A DNA stretch of 64,000 bases from the human T2T-CHM13v2.0 reference genome, Homo sapiens. Shown in pieces: positions 1 through 13,110 of the stretch. The stretch lies in assembly GCF_009914755.1 (NCBI RefSeq), contig NC_060937.1, one strand, 5' to 3'. Position numbers and translations under genes: made by a program. Position 1 is the first letter of the stretch. Each line of letters opens with the position of its first letter. The notes below the pieces were generated by a model. It ran no database searches. It saw nothing but the letters and a program-made list of their open reading frames with translations, and was not told the DNA's origin.

Positions 1-2251
1 TCCTAAATAAACTTGAAAGGCAGTCTACGCCACAAGGACTCCAATTCTTAGGCAAGTCTTGGTGCTGTCCTGGGCTCAGAGCCAGTGGACTAGGAGGGCA
101 CACAGTCCAGTGAGACACCAGCCAGGGCAGCCAAAGGAGCACTTGCATCACCTCTCCCCAAACCCCAGGCAATGCAACCTGCAGCTCCAGGAGAGGCTCC
201 TTCCTTCAGCTTAAGGAGACGAGAGAGAAGAGTAGAGAGGACTTTGTCTTGCAACTTCAAATACCAGCTCAGCCACAATAGGATAGGGCACCAGGCAGAG
301 TGCCTCCATTCCAGGCCCTGGCACCCAGAATAATTTCTAGACACACCCTAGGACAGAAGGGAACACATAGCCTTGAAGAGAAGGACCCAGTCCTGGAAGG
401 GTTCACCACCTGCTGACTAAAGAGATCTTGGTCTCTGAATAGTCAGTAGTGGTGCCCTCACAGAGCTCACTATGGGACTTGGGTGAGACTCAGAGACATG
501 CTGGCTTCAGGTGTGACCTAGCACATTCTCAGATGTGACCATGGGAAGATACTCCTTCTTCTAGACTCCTTCTTAAGAAAAAGAGAGGGAAGAGTAAAGG
601 GAACTTAACTTCATCTTGAAGCATAGTTACCAACTCGACCACAATGGGATACCAAGTGGGCTCATGGGGTTCCTGATTCTAGGACTTGGCTCTTGGAGGG
701 CATTTCTGAACCTGCCCTGGGCCAGAGGGGAGCCCACTAACCTGAATAGAGAGTCCCAGACCTGGAAGCATTCACCACAAGCTGACTGAAGCGACTTTGG
801 GCCTTGAATGAACATTAGCAATAGCCAGGCAGAACTTTCCATAGGTCTGGAGCAGTGGTGGCCACGGGGAGAGACACTTCTACCTGTGGAAAGAGGAGGG
901 AAGAGTGGGAAGGACTTTGTCTCGTGGCTTGGGTGCCAGTTCTGCTGCATGAGTCTAGAGCACCAGGTAGATTCGTAAGGTTGCAACTCTAGGCCCTGGC
1001 TTCTGGATGGAGTCTCTGGATCCACCCAGGACCAGGGGAAACTTGTCTCCCTGAAGGGAAGGACACAAGCCTTGCTTGCTTCACCACTTCCTGACTGTAG
1101 AGCCCTAAGGCCTTGAGTGAACAGAGGTTGTAGCTAGGCAGTGGTTACTGTGGGCCTTGGGCAAGACCTAGTACTGTGCTGGCTTTATGTTAACGCAGTG
1201 CCATCCCAGTGGTGGCAGCCACAGGGGTTCTTGTGTCACCCTTCTCCTAGCTCAGGCAGCTCAGCATAGAGAGTGACTCCATATGTTTGGGAGAAAGTAA
1301 GGGAAGAGAACAAGAGTCTCTTTCTGGTAATCCAGATAATTCTTTCAGATCTTGTCCAAGTCTACCAAGGCAGTACTTCTATGAGTCTGCAAGAGCCACG
1401 GCATTACCGGGCTTGTGGTGTCTCCTAATGCAGAATCCGCTGCAGTGACCAAAAACTTAGATCACAACACCCAAGTCCCTTCAAATACCTGGAAAGTCTT
1501 TCCAAGAAGGATGGGTACAAACAAGCCCAGACTATGGAGACTATAGTAAATAGCTAACACTTCAATGCCCAGACACTGACAAACATCCATGAGCATCAAG
1601 ACCATCCAGAAGAATATGATTTCACCAAATGAACTAAATAAGTACCAAAGGATCAATCATGCAGAGACAGAGATATGCGACCTTTCAGACAGAGAATTGA
1701 AAATAACTATTTTGAGGAAACTCAATGAAATTCAAGATAACACAGAAAAGTGATTCGTAATCCTATGAGATAAATATTACAAAGATATGGGAATAATTAA
1801 AAAGAGTAAAGCAAAAATTCTGAAGTTGAAAAATGCAATTGACATATGGAAGAATGCATCAGAGTCTCTTAAGAGCATAATTCATTAAGCAGAAGAAAGA
1901 ATTAGTGAGCTTGAAGACAGACTATTTGAAAATATACAGCCAGAGGAAGTATAAGAAAAAAGAATAAAAAAAGAATGTAGCACACCTATGAGATCTAGAA
2001 AATAGCCTCAAAAGGGCAAATCTAAGAGTTATTGGCCTTAAAGAGAAAGTAGTGAGAGAGATGGGATAGAAAGTTCATTCAAAGGGATAACAAGAGAGAA
2101 CTTCCCAAACCTAGAGAAAAATATCAATATCTAGTACAAGAAGGTTATAAAACACCAAGCAGATTTAATCCAAATAAGACTACCTGAAGACATTTAACAC
2201 TTACATTTTCAAAGGTCAAGGATAAAGAAAGAATCCTAAAAGCAGCGAGAG

Positions 2252-2406
2252 CATGTATACATATGTAACAAACCTTCATGTTGTGCACATGTATCCTAAA
2301 ACTTAAAGTATAATAATAATTAAAAAAAAACAGGGCTCAACACTGCAGCTTCTTAAAGGCGAAAGTTAATAAAGCCTTGTTTTTGGTTGTGAAAAAAATA
2401 AAAAAA
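2252..2406 (+). mobile_element. Short L1PA 3'-end insertion carrying 61 bp of non-L1 sequence and a second A-tail
   Basis: CATGTATACATATGTAACAAACC...CCTAAAACTTAAAGTATAATAA is the L1PA terminus. It is flanked by TAAAAGCAGCGAGAG (2237-2251) and TAAAAGCAGCAAGAG (2407-2421). Confidence 0.9.
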
Positions 2407-4130
2407 TAAAAGCAGCAAGAGAAATGAAATAAATAACATGCAATGGACTTCTAATACGTCTGTCAGCAGTCTTTTCAGTGGAAACCTTACAGGCCAGGAG
2501 AGAGTTGCATGACATATTTACAGTGCTGAAGGGAAAAAGCTTTTCACCCTACAACAGTATATCCAGTGAAAATATACTTCAAGCATGAAGGAGAAATAAA
2601 GACTTTCTCAGATAAACAAAAGCGGAGGGATTTTATGAACACCAGACCTGTCCTACAAGAAATTCTAAAGGGAGTTCTTCAATCTAAAGAAAAGGACATT
2701 AATGAGCAATAAGAAATCATCTGAAGGTACAAAACTCTCTAGTAATAGTAAGCACACAAAGAATCCACAGAATATCATAATACTGTAATTGTGGCATGTA
2801 AATGACTCATATCTTGAGTAGAAAGACTAAAAGATAAACCTATTAAAATAATAATTACAACTTTTTATTACATGGACAGTATAATAATACAAAATTAGAA
2901 ACAACAAAACATCAAAAAGCCAAGAGAGGAAGCTAAGGTGTCAAATTTTTACTAGTTTTCTCTTTGCTTGTTTGTTTGTTTATGCAATCAGTGTTAAGTT
3001 GTCATAGTTTAAAATAATGGCTTAGAAGATATTATTTGCAAGCCTCATGGTAACCTCAAGTCAAAAATAAAAATCAAGAAATTAAAGAATACCACCAGAG
3101 AAAATCACCTTCACTAAAAGGAAGACAGAAAGGAAGGAAAGAAGGAAGGCAAGACTATAAAACAACAAGAAAACAAAATGGCAGGAATAAGTCCTTGCTT
3201 ATCAATAATAACATTGAATGCAACTAAACTAAACTCTCTATTCAAAAGACATAGAATAGCTCAAGGGATAAAAATATAAGACCCAGTGATCTGTGGACTA
3301 CAAAAAATATGCTTCACCTATAAACACACACATAAACATTAAAAATAAAGGGATGGGAAAAGATAGTCCATGCAAATGGAATCCAAAAGAGAGTAGGAGT
3401 AGCTATACTTATACTGGAAAAAATAGATTTCAAGACAAAAACTATAAAAAGAGACAATGTTATTACATGATGATAAAAGAGTCAGTTCAACAAGATGATG
3501 TAATCATTGTAAAAGTATATGCACCTAATGCTGGAGCACCAACATATATAAAGAAAATATTATTAGTGGTAAAGAGAGTGATAGACCCCAATAAAATAAT
3601 AGCTTGAGACTTCAACACTCCACTTTCAGCATTGGTCAGATCATCCAAACAGAATCAACAAAGAAACCTCAGTCTTAATCTACACTATTGACCAAATGGA
3701 CCTAATACTATTTATAGAACATTTTATCCAACAGCTACAGAATACACATTCTTTTCCTCAGCATATGGATCATTCTCAAGGGTAGAATATATATTAGGCC
3801 ATAAAACAAATCTTAAACATTAAAACAATAAATTATATCAAGCATTTTCTCTGACTACAATGGAATAAAACTAGAAATCAATGACAGAGCAATTTTGGAA
3901 ACTATACAAACACATGTAAATTAAACAACATGCTCCTGAATGACCAGTAAATTAATGAGAAATTAAGAAGGAAGTTGAAAAATTTATTGAAACAAATATA
4001 ATGGAAACACAACATACCAAAACTTATGGGATACAGCAAAAGCAGTTCTCAGAGTAAAGTTTATAGTGATAAGCAACTACATCAAAAAAGTAGAAAAACT
4101 TCATAAATAACCTAACAATGCACCTTAAAG

Positions 4131-4750
4131 AAAACAGTATGGAGATTCTTTAAAGAATTAAAGTAGATCTACCATTTGATCCAGCAATCCCACTACTGGA
4201 TATCTACCCAGAGGAAAATAAGTCATTCTATGAAAAAGACGCTTGCACATGCATGTTTATTGAAGCACAGTTCGCAATTGCAGAAATATGGAATTAGCCC
4301 AAATGCCCATCAGTCAATGAGTGAATAAAATAATGTGGTATATATATCATGGAATACTACTCAGCTATAAAAAGTAACAAAACAATGCCATTCGCAGTAA
4401 TCTGGATGGAGTTGGAGACCGTTATTCTAAGTGAAGTAACTCAGGAATGGAAAAGCAAACATTGTATGTTCTTATAAGTGGGAGCTAAGCTATGAGGAGA
4501 CAAAGGTATAAGAATGATACAATGGACTTGGGGACTTGGAGGGAAGAGTGGGAGGGGGTTAAGGGATAAAAGACTACACACTGGGTGCAATGTACACTGC
4601 TCAGGTGATGGGGGCACCAATATCTCAGTAATCACTACTAAAGAACTTATCCATGTAATCAAACACCACCTGTTCCCCCAAAAACTATTGAAATAAAAAA
4701 AGAAAAGTGAAAAATAAAAACGAAATAAAGGTAAAATTAGGAGAAAAAAA
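4131..4750 (+). mobile_element. L1PB-type 3' end inserted in ORF2 of the host L1
   Basis: 3'UTR text ...ATCTCAGTAATCACTACTAAAGAACTTATCCATGTAATCAAACACCACCTGTTCCCC followed by an A-rich tail. Host ORF2 resumes at AACTAGAAAAGCAAGAGCAAACC (~4751). Confidence 0.88.
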
Positions 4751-5892
4751 AACTAGAAAAGCAAGAGCAAACCAAACCCCAAATTAGTAGAAGAAAAAAG
4801 AAATAGAAATCAGAGCAGAAATAAATGAAACTGAAACAAAGAAAACATTAGAAACGATTAATGAAACACAAAGTTGGTTTCTTAAAAAAGATAAACAAAA
4901 TTGACAAGGCTTTCGCTAGATTAAGAAAGAGAGAAGACCCAAATAAAATCAGAAATGAAAAAGGAGACATTACAACTGATACCACATAAATTGAAAGGAT
5001 TGCTAGAGGCTACTATGAGCAATCATGGGTGCCAATAAATTGGAAAACCTAGAAGAAATGAATAAATTCCTAGACACATAGAACCTGCCAAGATGTAATC
5101 ATGAAGAAATCCAGAATCTGAACAGACCAATAACAAATAATGAGACCGAAGCTGTAATAAAAATGTGATACTTTCCCTCCTTTCCCTCTCTTTTCACCAG
5201 AATTTTCTATAAGCATGGTAGAGTGGTGATCTTAATCATTTATCCCAAAAGTTACAGCCTAGTGAGAGAGGAGCATGCCTAAGTTTGAGGAGAGCTAATC
5301 AATCATCCAGCAGTAGATGCAATGCTTGATGAACTCTTTTAAGTGGGGTGTGTAGCTATTGTTACCTGGAAATGTTAAGTGTGGGAGTTCATGTATGTAC
5401 TGACGTTGAGTAGCCACAAGGTGGGCTGTGACTAGCAATGCAATTGGCTTATTACACACCCACTTAGGGTCTGTGGTACCTACAAATATAAATGAAAGAT
5501 AAAAGCTACATTTATCAGATTGCTTTTCAGCTATGGTGTGCTTATGACCTAGGTTTTAGCCAACTGGACATTTTCAGAATGGTGATCATGAGTGAAGAGA
5601 TGGGATATTCTGTCAAGAATGCTGGCAAGTGGATTTGTTTTTCTTGTAGGGCTTGAATAGTGACAACAGCTTCCTTATCTGGCTACTTTCTAATTACGGA
5701 GCAAAGTGTTGACAGCAGCTGCCCTTTTAGCTGGAAAATTTTACCACGTGCTTCTGGGAATTATCAAAAAGTCATTCTTTTACTTCAGTTGTACTAAAGA
5801 TAAAGGGAACTGTCTCATAATTTTCCTCAGATCAGCTAGAGCACATTCTGTCATCTTTAATAATGCTTATCAATATAGATATTCTTGCCATG

Positions 5893-7460
5893 TTCATTGA
5901 ACCAATATTTAGTGTTTAGTATATGCCAGGCAAGACAGACAATAGACAACAAATGTAATCAGTTAAATTATGCAGTATGTTAGAAAGTGTTAAATTATAT
6001 GGATGTTTTAAAAATGTAGATGAGAGAAAAGAGAAAGGGAAATGCAGAGGGAATAGAAGTGTGGAGAGTTGGCTGTAATTTTTAAATTGAGTGGTCAAAA
6101 TAACCCTCATGAAATAAATAAGGATTAACGCATTCCAGTAAAAGGAAAGAGCCTGTGCAAAGTCCCTGAGGTGGCCACATGCCATGTGTGCTGGAGAAAT
6201 AGCAGAGGCGAATGTGAAGTGAGCAAGGGGATGAATTTAGAGAGGTAATGCTACACCACTGGGAGGAATTTGGCCATTTCTCTAGTGTCATTGGGAACCT
6301 CTGGAGACTTTTGAGAAGTATGACATTACATTACTTATGTCATAAAAGAATAGATTGTAGTAGGAAAATAATAGAAGCAGAGAACTTGTGAGGAGCTATT
6401 GGGTCATCAAAGTGAGATGTGATGGTGGCCTAAACTTAAGTGGAGTTTGTGAGGGGCATTGGGGTTTGGATGTGTTCTGAAGTTTGAGCCAATAGTATTT
6501 TCTGAGATTGGATGTATGGTGTGAGAGAGAGGACACAGGTATTATTCTAACAATTTTAGGGCTGGGGAAATTTAAATACAAAATTGGCCTCAGTTATAAG
6601 AGGGTGGAGACAGTTTATGACCAATGGCTCTGTCAAGGCAATAGTCATCAGAATATAGATGGCATTTAAAGTCTAGAGTCTGGATGAGGTCAACAAAGGA
6701 GGAAGTGATGATGGGGAAGGGTTCAAGAACAAATTGTTGGAAGACTCCAACTTTAACAATGAGAGAAGAGGAGCTAATGCAGGAGACAGAGCAATGATTG
6801 AGCAAGTGAGGAGTCCCTAAGAAGGAAGTGAGGACAGTGTACTTACGAAGACAGGGTGAACACCTGTGTCAAGTGCTATGGAAGAAAGATAAAGTTCGAG
6901 AATTAACCATTTTACAGATGCTGCTTGACTTACGATGGGGTTATAGTCCAATAAATCCATTGTAAGTTGAAACTATTATAAATAAAAAATGCGTTTAATA
7001 CACCTAATCTACCAGACATTATAGCTTAGCCGAGCTTACCTTAAACATGTTCAGAACACTTACATTAACCTACAACTGGGCAAAATCATTTCATTTAACA
7101 CAAGGCCTATTTTATAATAAGGTATTGAATATCTCATGTAATTTTGAATACTGTACTGAAAGTGAAAATAAGAATGGTTGTATGGGTATTCAAAGTGCAA
7201 TTTCTACAGAATGCTTACCACTTTCACACCATCATAAAGTAGAAAACCTCTAAGTTGAACCATCATAAGTTGGGGACCATCTGTATTTGATAACTGAGAA
7301 GTCATTAGCAATCTGAGAGGAGCAGTCACAGTACAGCAGTGGGTTTGAATTGTTTAAGATAACATGCTTGCTGAGGAAATGGTGACTCTAAAAACAGATG
7401 AGTCCTCAAGGATGTTTGATGCAAAAAGTCAAAGAAAAATGAGACAGTAACCTACAGGCA
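5893..7460 (-). mobile_element. L2 (LINE2) fragment, split by MER47A
   Basis: L2 3'-end-like TTCATTGAACCAATATTTAGTG...TATGCCAGGC and typical L2 body GAGCCTGTGCAAAGTCCCTGAGGTGG. L2-like text continues after 7285. Confidence 0.75.
6915..7283 (+). mobile_element. MER47A (TcMar-Tigger non-autonomous DNA transposon)
   Basis: Terminal inverted repeats CAGATGCTGCTTGACTTACGATGG and CCATCATAAGTTGGGGACCATCTG. TA on both sides (6913-6914, 7284-7285). Body matches recalled MER47A. Confidence 0.88.
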
Positions 7461-8689
7461 AAGGAGATCACTCAGAAGACCAGAGATCAGAGTTGGAAAC
7501 TACATCGGGGAATAAGTCTTTTGCCTTAGTGATTCAGCAGAGCTTGCTATAAACAGATGAGTAATATAAGCTGTTGAGCAAGGATGGATATGAGAATAGG
7601 CAAGATGATCCAAAAAAGCTAAATGGCGCCATGAGACCCAAGACCACATGCAGACAGCAGTGAGCTTAGTGCTTCAACAGACAGAGATTGCAGGAACCAT
7701 TTTTGAATTGGGTATTATGAAAATCAGATAAAAATTATTTAAGAAATATGAAGCTGTGTAAAATAATTAAAAAAAAGGTGATAGTGAAAAGCTAATGCAA
7801 CTGAACTCAAAATTTAACTCAGAGCTTCAACCCAGTAGGCAGAGTGTTATAAATCTTTCATTATCCAGTAATGGGAAGGTTAGCAGTTTGTCAACTATAT
7901 TTATATTTTTATTCTGGCCCTGAGATTAGAGAGAAATTTGTCATGTGGATGTTTTCTTAATGACAAAATTAATAATGTCATTGATAATATTTTTGCAACA
8001 ATTGGAGGCAGCTTATGTGAAAGTGAAAGGCATAATGTGAGGTCAGGCATAGCCTGTTCCAATTTTGTGGTTTTATGGATATCTGGTTTAATGGAGGACT
8101 CAAGTTTGGAGACTTTAGGGGCATACATAACTGCTATAGTTACCAGGTATTTGGTCATTACTAAAAGCTGAGTAGGGTAATTTGAGATGGGAGTCACTAG
8201 TAAAAAGCCAGGACAGGTAAACTAGAGATTCATGTTAGTTGTGCAAATGGCAGAGATGGTATTTTGATGTGAAAATTCCAGACCTGTTTTCTTACCTTAA
8301 TTAAGGGCTATCCACCTCTTCATGAAGGTGGGCTGGAGGAATGCCTGCAGCCATACAGCACATTTCCCAATAGCAGTGTTCAAGCCTTATCTGTGGTTGA
8401 AAAGAGACACCAGTTTTTTACATCTAAATAATATCAAATGCCTCCATCTATCACACAGAAACTCAATATGGTTCTTGTCACACATTCAGTTCTAGTGATG
8501 ACTATGTACCAATGAGATGAATTGCAAAAGACTCCCCCAAAAAATGTGTTAACATTTGAATGACAGATGATTTTTCTATATAGCTGGCATAATGAATCTG
8601 CTGAAAACAACAACAATAACAACAACAAATGTAGTTAGGCATAATTTATAACTCTGGATGTTTTTCCAGACAACAATTAATATTAATGT

Positions 8690-8900
8690 CTATTATTAGT
8701 TGACTACTTACTACATACCACACAAAACATTAAGAGCTTTATAGAGATTATGTAATTAGATCCTCATAACAATTGGAAATAGTTTTATTGTCCATTCGAC
8801 AGACGATATTAATAAAAACTTGTGTGATGTTTCACAAGTAGCAATCAGAGGCCACGAATTAGAGCACTCAAACTATGGAGCTTATAATCTTAGTCACTAA
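8690..8900 (-). mobile_element. MIR fragment
   Basis: Degenerate MIR core (ACTTACTACATACCA...ATCCTCATAACAA...TTATTGTCCATT). Confidence 0.55.
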
Positions 8901-9317
8901 ACTGTCTCACCTGCTTACTTGCTCCCTCTACTTCGTAGATGGTCCTGGAAAAAGGAAATTTCAGGTACTAAAGGCATTTTTATCTTCCCATTTGCATGGC
9001 AGAAGAACATATGAAGAGCTGGCCTTAGAGTGATAATAAATTAGGTACAGCTTGAAAAAATGGTGTAAGTGTGTAGAGGGAATGGGGTGTGTTATGAGTG
9101 TTGTGCGTGGGTGTTGGAGAGAGAAGGAAAAATTAGAGACTACAGTATTTTCCCTGTTTCACTACTTTTTGAAATTGAAACTAGCTCCAAAAGCTAACCT
9201 TAAAATATGTGAAACCTATTAAACTGAGAGTTCTTGAGATGGAAGATCTGTTTTTGTTTAATTGTACTATCAATTGGCTATGAAAACATGGTTTTATTAT
9301 GGTATGGGGAAACCAGG

Positions 9318-9490
9318 AGTGTAGTAATTATGCAGGTAGCTCTGAAGTCAGATTTCTGGGGGTCAAATCCTAGTTCTGCTGATTTCTTAGCTCCTGTAGG
9401 CCTCAATTTTCTCTTTTCTTCTTAGGTCTTAGGATCATGAGGAACAAATGAAGCAATCTATATGAGACATTTATTACATCCATTACTGTG
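9318..9490 (+). mobile_element. MIR fragment
   Basis: GCTCTGAAGTCAGATTTCTGGGGGTCAAATCCTAGTTCTGC...GCCTCAATTTTCTC. Confidence 0.6.
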
Positions 9491-9755
9491 AGCTTTTATC
9501 ATAATGAGTTTTGATTTAATGTTGGGAATCCATTCCTAGAATTTAGGAAGGATATTTGTGGAGACGATTTTCTGCATACACTTAAAAGCAAAATACCCTC
9601 TAAATAGTCTGAGATGGCTTACATTTGATTTTGCCTGCATCTGGACGTGCAGATGTACCTTGAAGATCTTCTACCACCTTTTGATCTGTCACTTTTCTCC
9701 AAGTTGTTCCATTTCTCTATTCTTGCTGGGTTTTCTTCACAATGTGGTTGCATAG

Positions 9756-10111
<356 letters not shown>

Positions 10112-11369
10112 TAGTTACACAGACATTTTTGTAGGCTAGTTTCAATTTTAGCTAAAAACAAAAAAACAGCCAATGAAACAAACAAACAAAAAAGTTCTTC
10201 TAAAAATAAAATATTTCAAAATAATTTCAGTTAAAAATTTAAATAATATTTTTAAGGCAAAAATTACCAAAAAAGGCTAGGTAAAAAATTACAGGGAAGA
10301 TACAACTATATCTTCATTCTCTTGTATTTCCATTTGTTCACTAATTCATGGATTCATTTCATAATAGATACAAAGATCACGAACCTACTGAGTGCCCACT
10401 GCTTTTTATGCTGGCTGTCTGGGTGGGTGCAGAGTTCTGCAGTCCATGATTCCTTCCCTAGGGGAGTTTGGAAAAATTTTGGACATGAAAACAGCATGCT
10501 AATTCCAAAGTTACATAAAATTTTGAGAAAATAGTGCAAGTGGTATTTTAAGAAAGCATATAATATTTTTCAGTTTTCTTTCCAAATAATATGAATAAAC
10601 ATAAGAATAACCACCGCTTATTTGGCTCAGCCAGACTTAGATCATCTTCCACTCCTTTGCTTCTGAAACACATGGACTCCTTATGACACAGAGCTAATTT
10701 GATAGAATAGTTCTTACAAGGCCTAATCCTGCTTCTCTCAAACTAAAGTCACTGTAGTTAGACTGTTTGAATGATGAATTAATTAGGAACAAATATCAGA
10801 ATACTAGTACATGTCAAAAGTGGAGAGACACACAGAAAATATAAGAATTGTCATTTGGAGCTTATTCAGACCTTCTCTTTTATCATTGGCCATGCCAAGT
10901 AAAGTTTTTGATGAAGTTGGTTATCACTTTGAAAGATGAGAAAATAAAAAGTCATGAGTGCATAGGAACATAAAATTGTTAATTGAAAAGAAATATTTTC
11001 TAAAATAAATGTATGCTATGATATGCTGAGTTCTATGTCAGGAACTACAAATAAAAAGTAAAGGTGATGTTTTCTTTATTCTCAGGGTAGTCACACTTCA
11101 GTGTGACATACATACAAAGAAACAATTATATTTGTTATGTGGAACAGGGACAAGGGCCTGATCAACTTTTGGGGAGATTTACATAATATTTCACAGAGAC
11201 TGAGATACGCTATGCCTTGAAGGAGTGTTTCAGGACTCGACAGTTTGTGTCTATGTTTGAGCCCTCAATCCCTCTTGTAATAAGATTTAACATGTTCAAA
11301 CGTGCTTATGTTGCTCACAAGTTGGGTTAAAATACTAACTGCAGAAATCAATAAATAATAAATATACAT

Positions 11370-13110
11370 GGTAAAATTTCAAAGGTCATCCCTTTTAAAA
11401 AATAAAGAAGAATAAATTATATATCTGTAAGAAGTGAAAAAATGGAAAAAGAAGAAAATAAAGAAAAAAATCCGGTTAATCCTAAAATACTAAAGGAAAG
11501 ATAGAAAGGAAGAGAAATAGCAGGAACAATAGAAAGTAAGAAAGAAGATGCTAGAACTTAATCACAATATACATAAATGGGCTAAATTGAGCAATTAAAA
11601 GATGGCCAATTATCAGGTAAGATGAAGTAAAAATTACCGTCATATGCTATTATCAGGAAACACACCTAAAAAAATTAAAAAGTTGATGTAAAAACTGGAA
11701 AAAGATTCTTCAGGAAAAAAGAAGATTGAATAATTACATTAATGTCAAAAAAAAAAACTTTAAGGTTAAAAAGACTGACAAGATATACAGAGCGATACTA
11801 CTTAGTGATAAACATTTTAATTTGCCATAACTGCAACAATTCTAATCATGTGCACTTAAGAAAATATCTTCAAAGTGTATAAATTAAAAATTAACAGAAA
11901 CATCTAGAAAAATAAAAATCTATTGTAGCGGGGGATTTCAATATACTATATCTCAATGTTGATAGGTTATACAAACAAATTTTCACAAGGATATAGAATT
12001 GGCAAATACAATTCAAAAACATTTAATAGGCACATATAGAATGAAAAAACAAATTGTGGCATATTTACATAGTCAAATATTATACAGCAGTGAACGAGAC
12101 AGAACTAAGGACTATATGTAACAAGATGGTGACAGTAAGAACTGTAAGATTAAGTGAAGAAAAGACAAGTAAGAAAAGACCACATTGTTATACTATTTTA
12201 TAAAGCTCTAAAACAGACAAAGCTAAAAATATTGCCTAGGGATACATACATATGCGATGGAGTTATATTTTTTAAAAAGTAATAGATTAAATGGCATAGC
12301 AACTTTGGAAAACAGGTTAGCATTTTCTTATAAAGTTAAACATATACTTATCATATTAACCAGGAATTCCACCTCCAGGAATAAGAAATGAAAACATAAG
12401 AGTAATGAAAACGTATCCAGTACAAAGACTTGTATTCAATACTCATAGCAACTTTATTCATAATAGCCCACAATGGAAACAACCCGAATCGTCATCAACT
12501 GGTAAACAGACAAACAATTTATGGTATATCCACACAATGGAATGCTACTCAGCAATAAAAAGGTACTATGGTACACACACAAACAGGGATGAATCTCAAG
12601 ATCATTACGGTAAGTGAAATAGATTGGACATGAAAGGCTATACTGTATGTTGTAAGTTCCATTTATATGACATTCGAGAAAAGGCTAAACAAGAATGACA
12701 GAAAACAGGTTAGTGTTTGCCAGGAGCCAGAGGTTCAGGAGAAGAAACTGACTACAAAGACGAAGAGACATCTTCTCGGGGTGATGGAAATCTTTTTTAT
12801 CGTGATTGTGGTGGTGATTAAACATTTATGAAAACTCATTAAGTAAAACTAATGAATTACATTGTAAATAAAAATTACTGCAGTAAGAGTAATAAAAAAA
12901 AAGGAAATAGAATGTCAGACACAAAATTCAGAGTGGTGGGGGTTTGGGGGTGGGAAACAAGGACAACCCACAGGCAATACAATGTCCCAGATCTTAAGTG
13001 GGGTGAAGGATTGGACTCACAAGTATTCATTTAATTATTCATTATGCCTCATAGCCAACATATATATATATATTTTGCATAAATCAACTATTATAAAATA
13101 AAATTTATTG
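11370..13110 (+). mobile_element. Mosaic of ancient L1M (L1MC/MD/ME-age) ORF2 and 3'-end fragments
   Basis: A-rich decayed ORF2-like text. 3' region TTTGGAAAACAGG...ATAGCAACTTTATTCATAATAGCC...GGGGTGATGGAAATC...GATTGTGGTGGTG. Confidence 0.7.

Larger units (their letters stand above)
1..5163 (+). mobile_element. Old L1 (L1MA/L1PB-age) 5' portion: 5'UTR, decayed ORF1 (~1616-2702), inter-ORF spacer, decayed ORF2 start (from ~3178); interrupted by two younger L1 inserts and 3'-truncated
   Basis: ORF1-like text (ATGATTTCACCAAATGAACTAAATAAG; ACCAGACCTGTCCTACAAGAAATTCTAAAGGGAG). ORF2 start ATGGCAGGAATAAGTCC at 3178. Endonuclease motif VYAPNAGAPTYIK in ORF 3293-3607. Many stops and frameshifts. Confidence 0.92.

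Noticed and set aside
5165-5800. Possible ancient ERVL-type LTR after the L1 break
   Set aside because: Only a short motif (CTTATGACCTAGGTTTTAGCCAA) is suggestive, too little to assign a family or boundaries.
7901-8197. Overlapping antisense ORFs of 98 and 77 aa
   Set aside because: No recognisable domain, and the lengths are compatible with chance in 64 kb.
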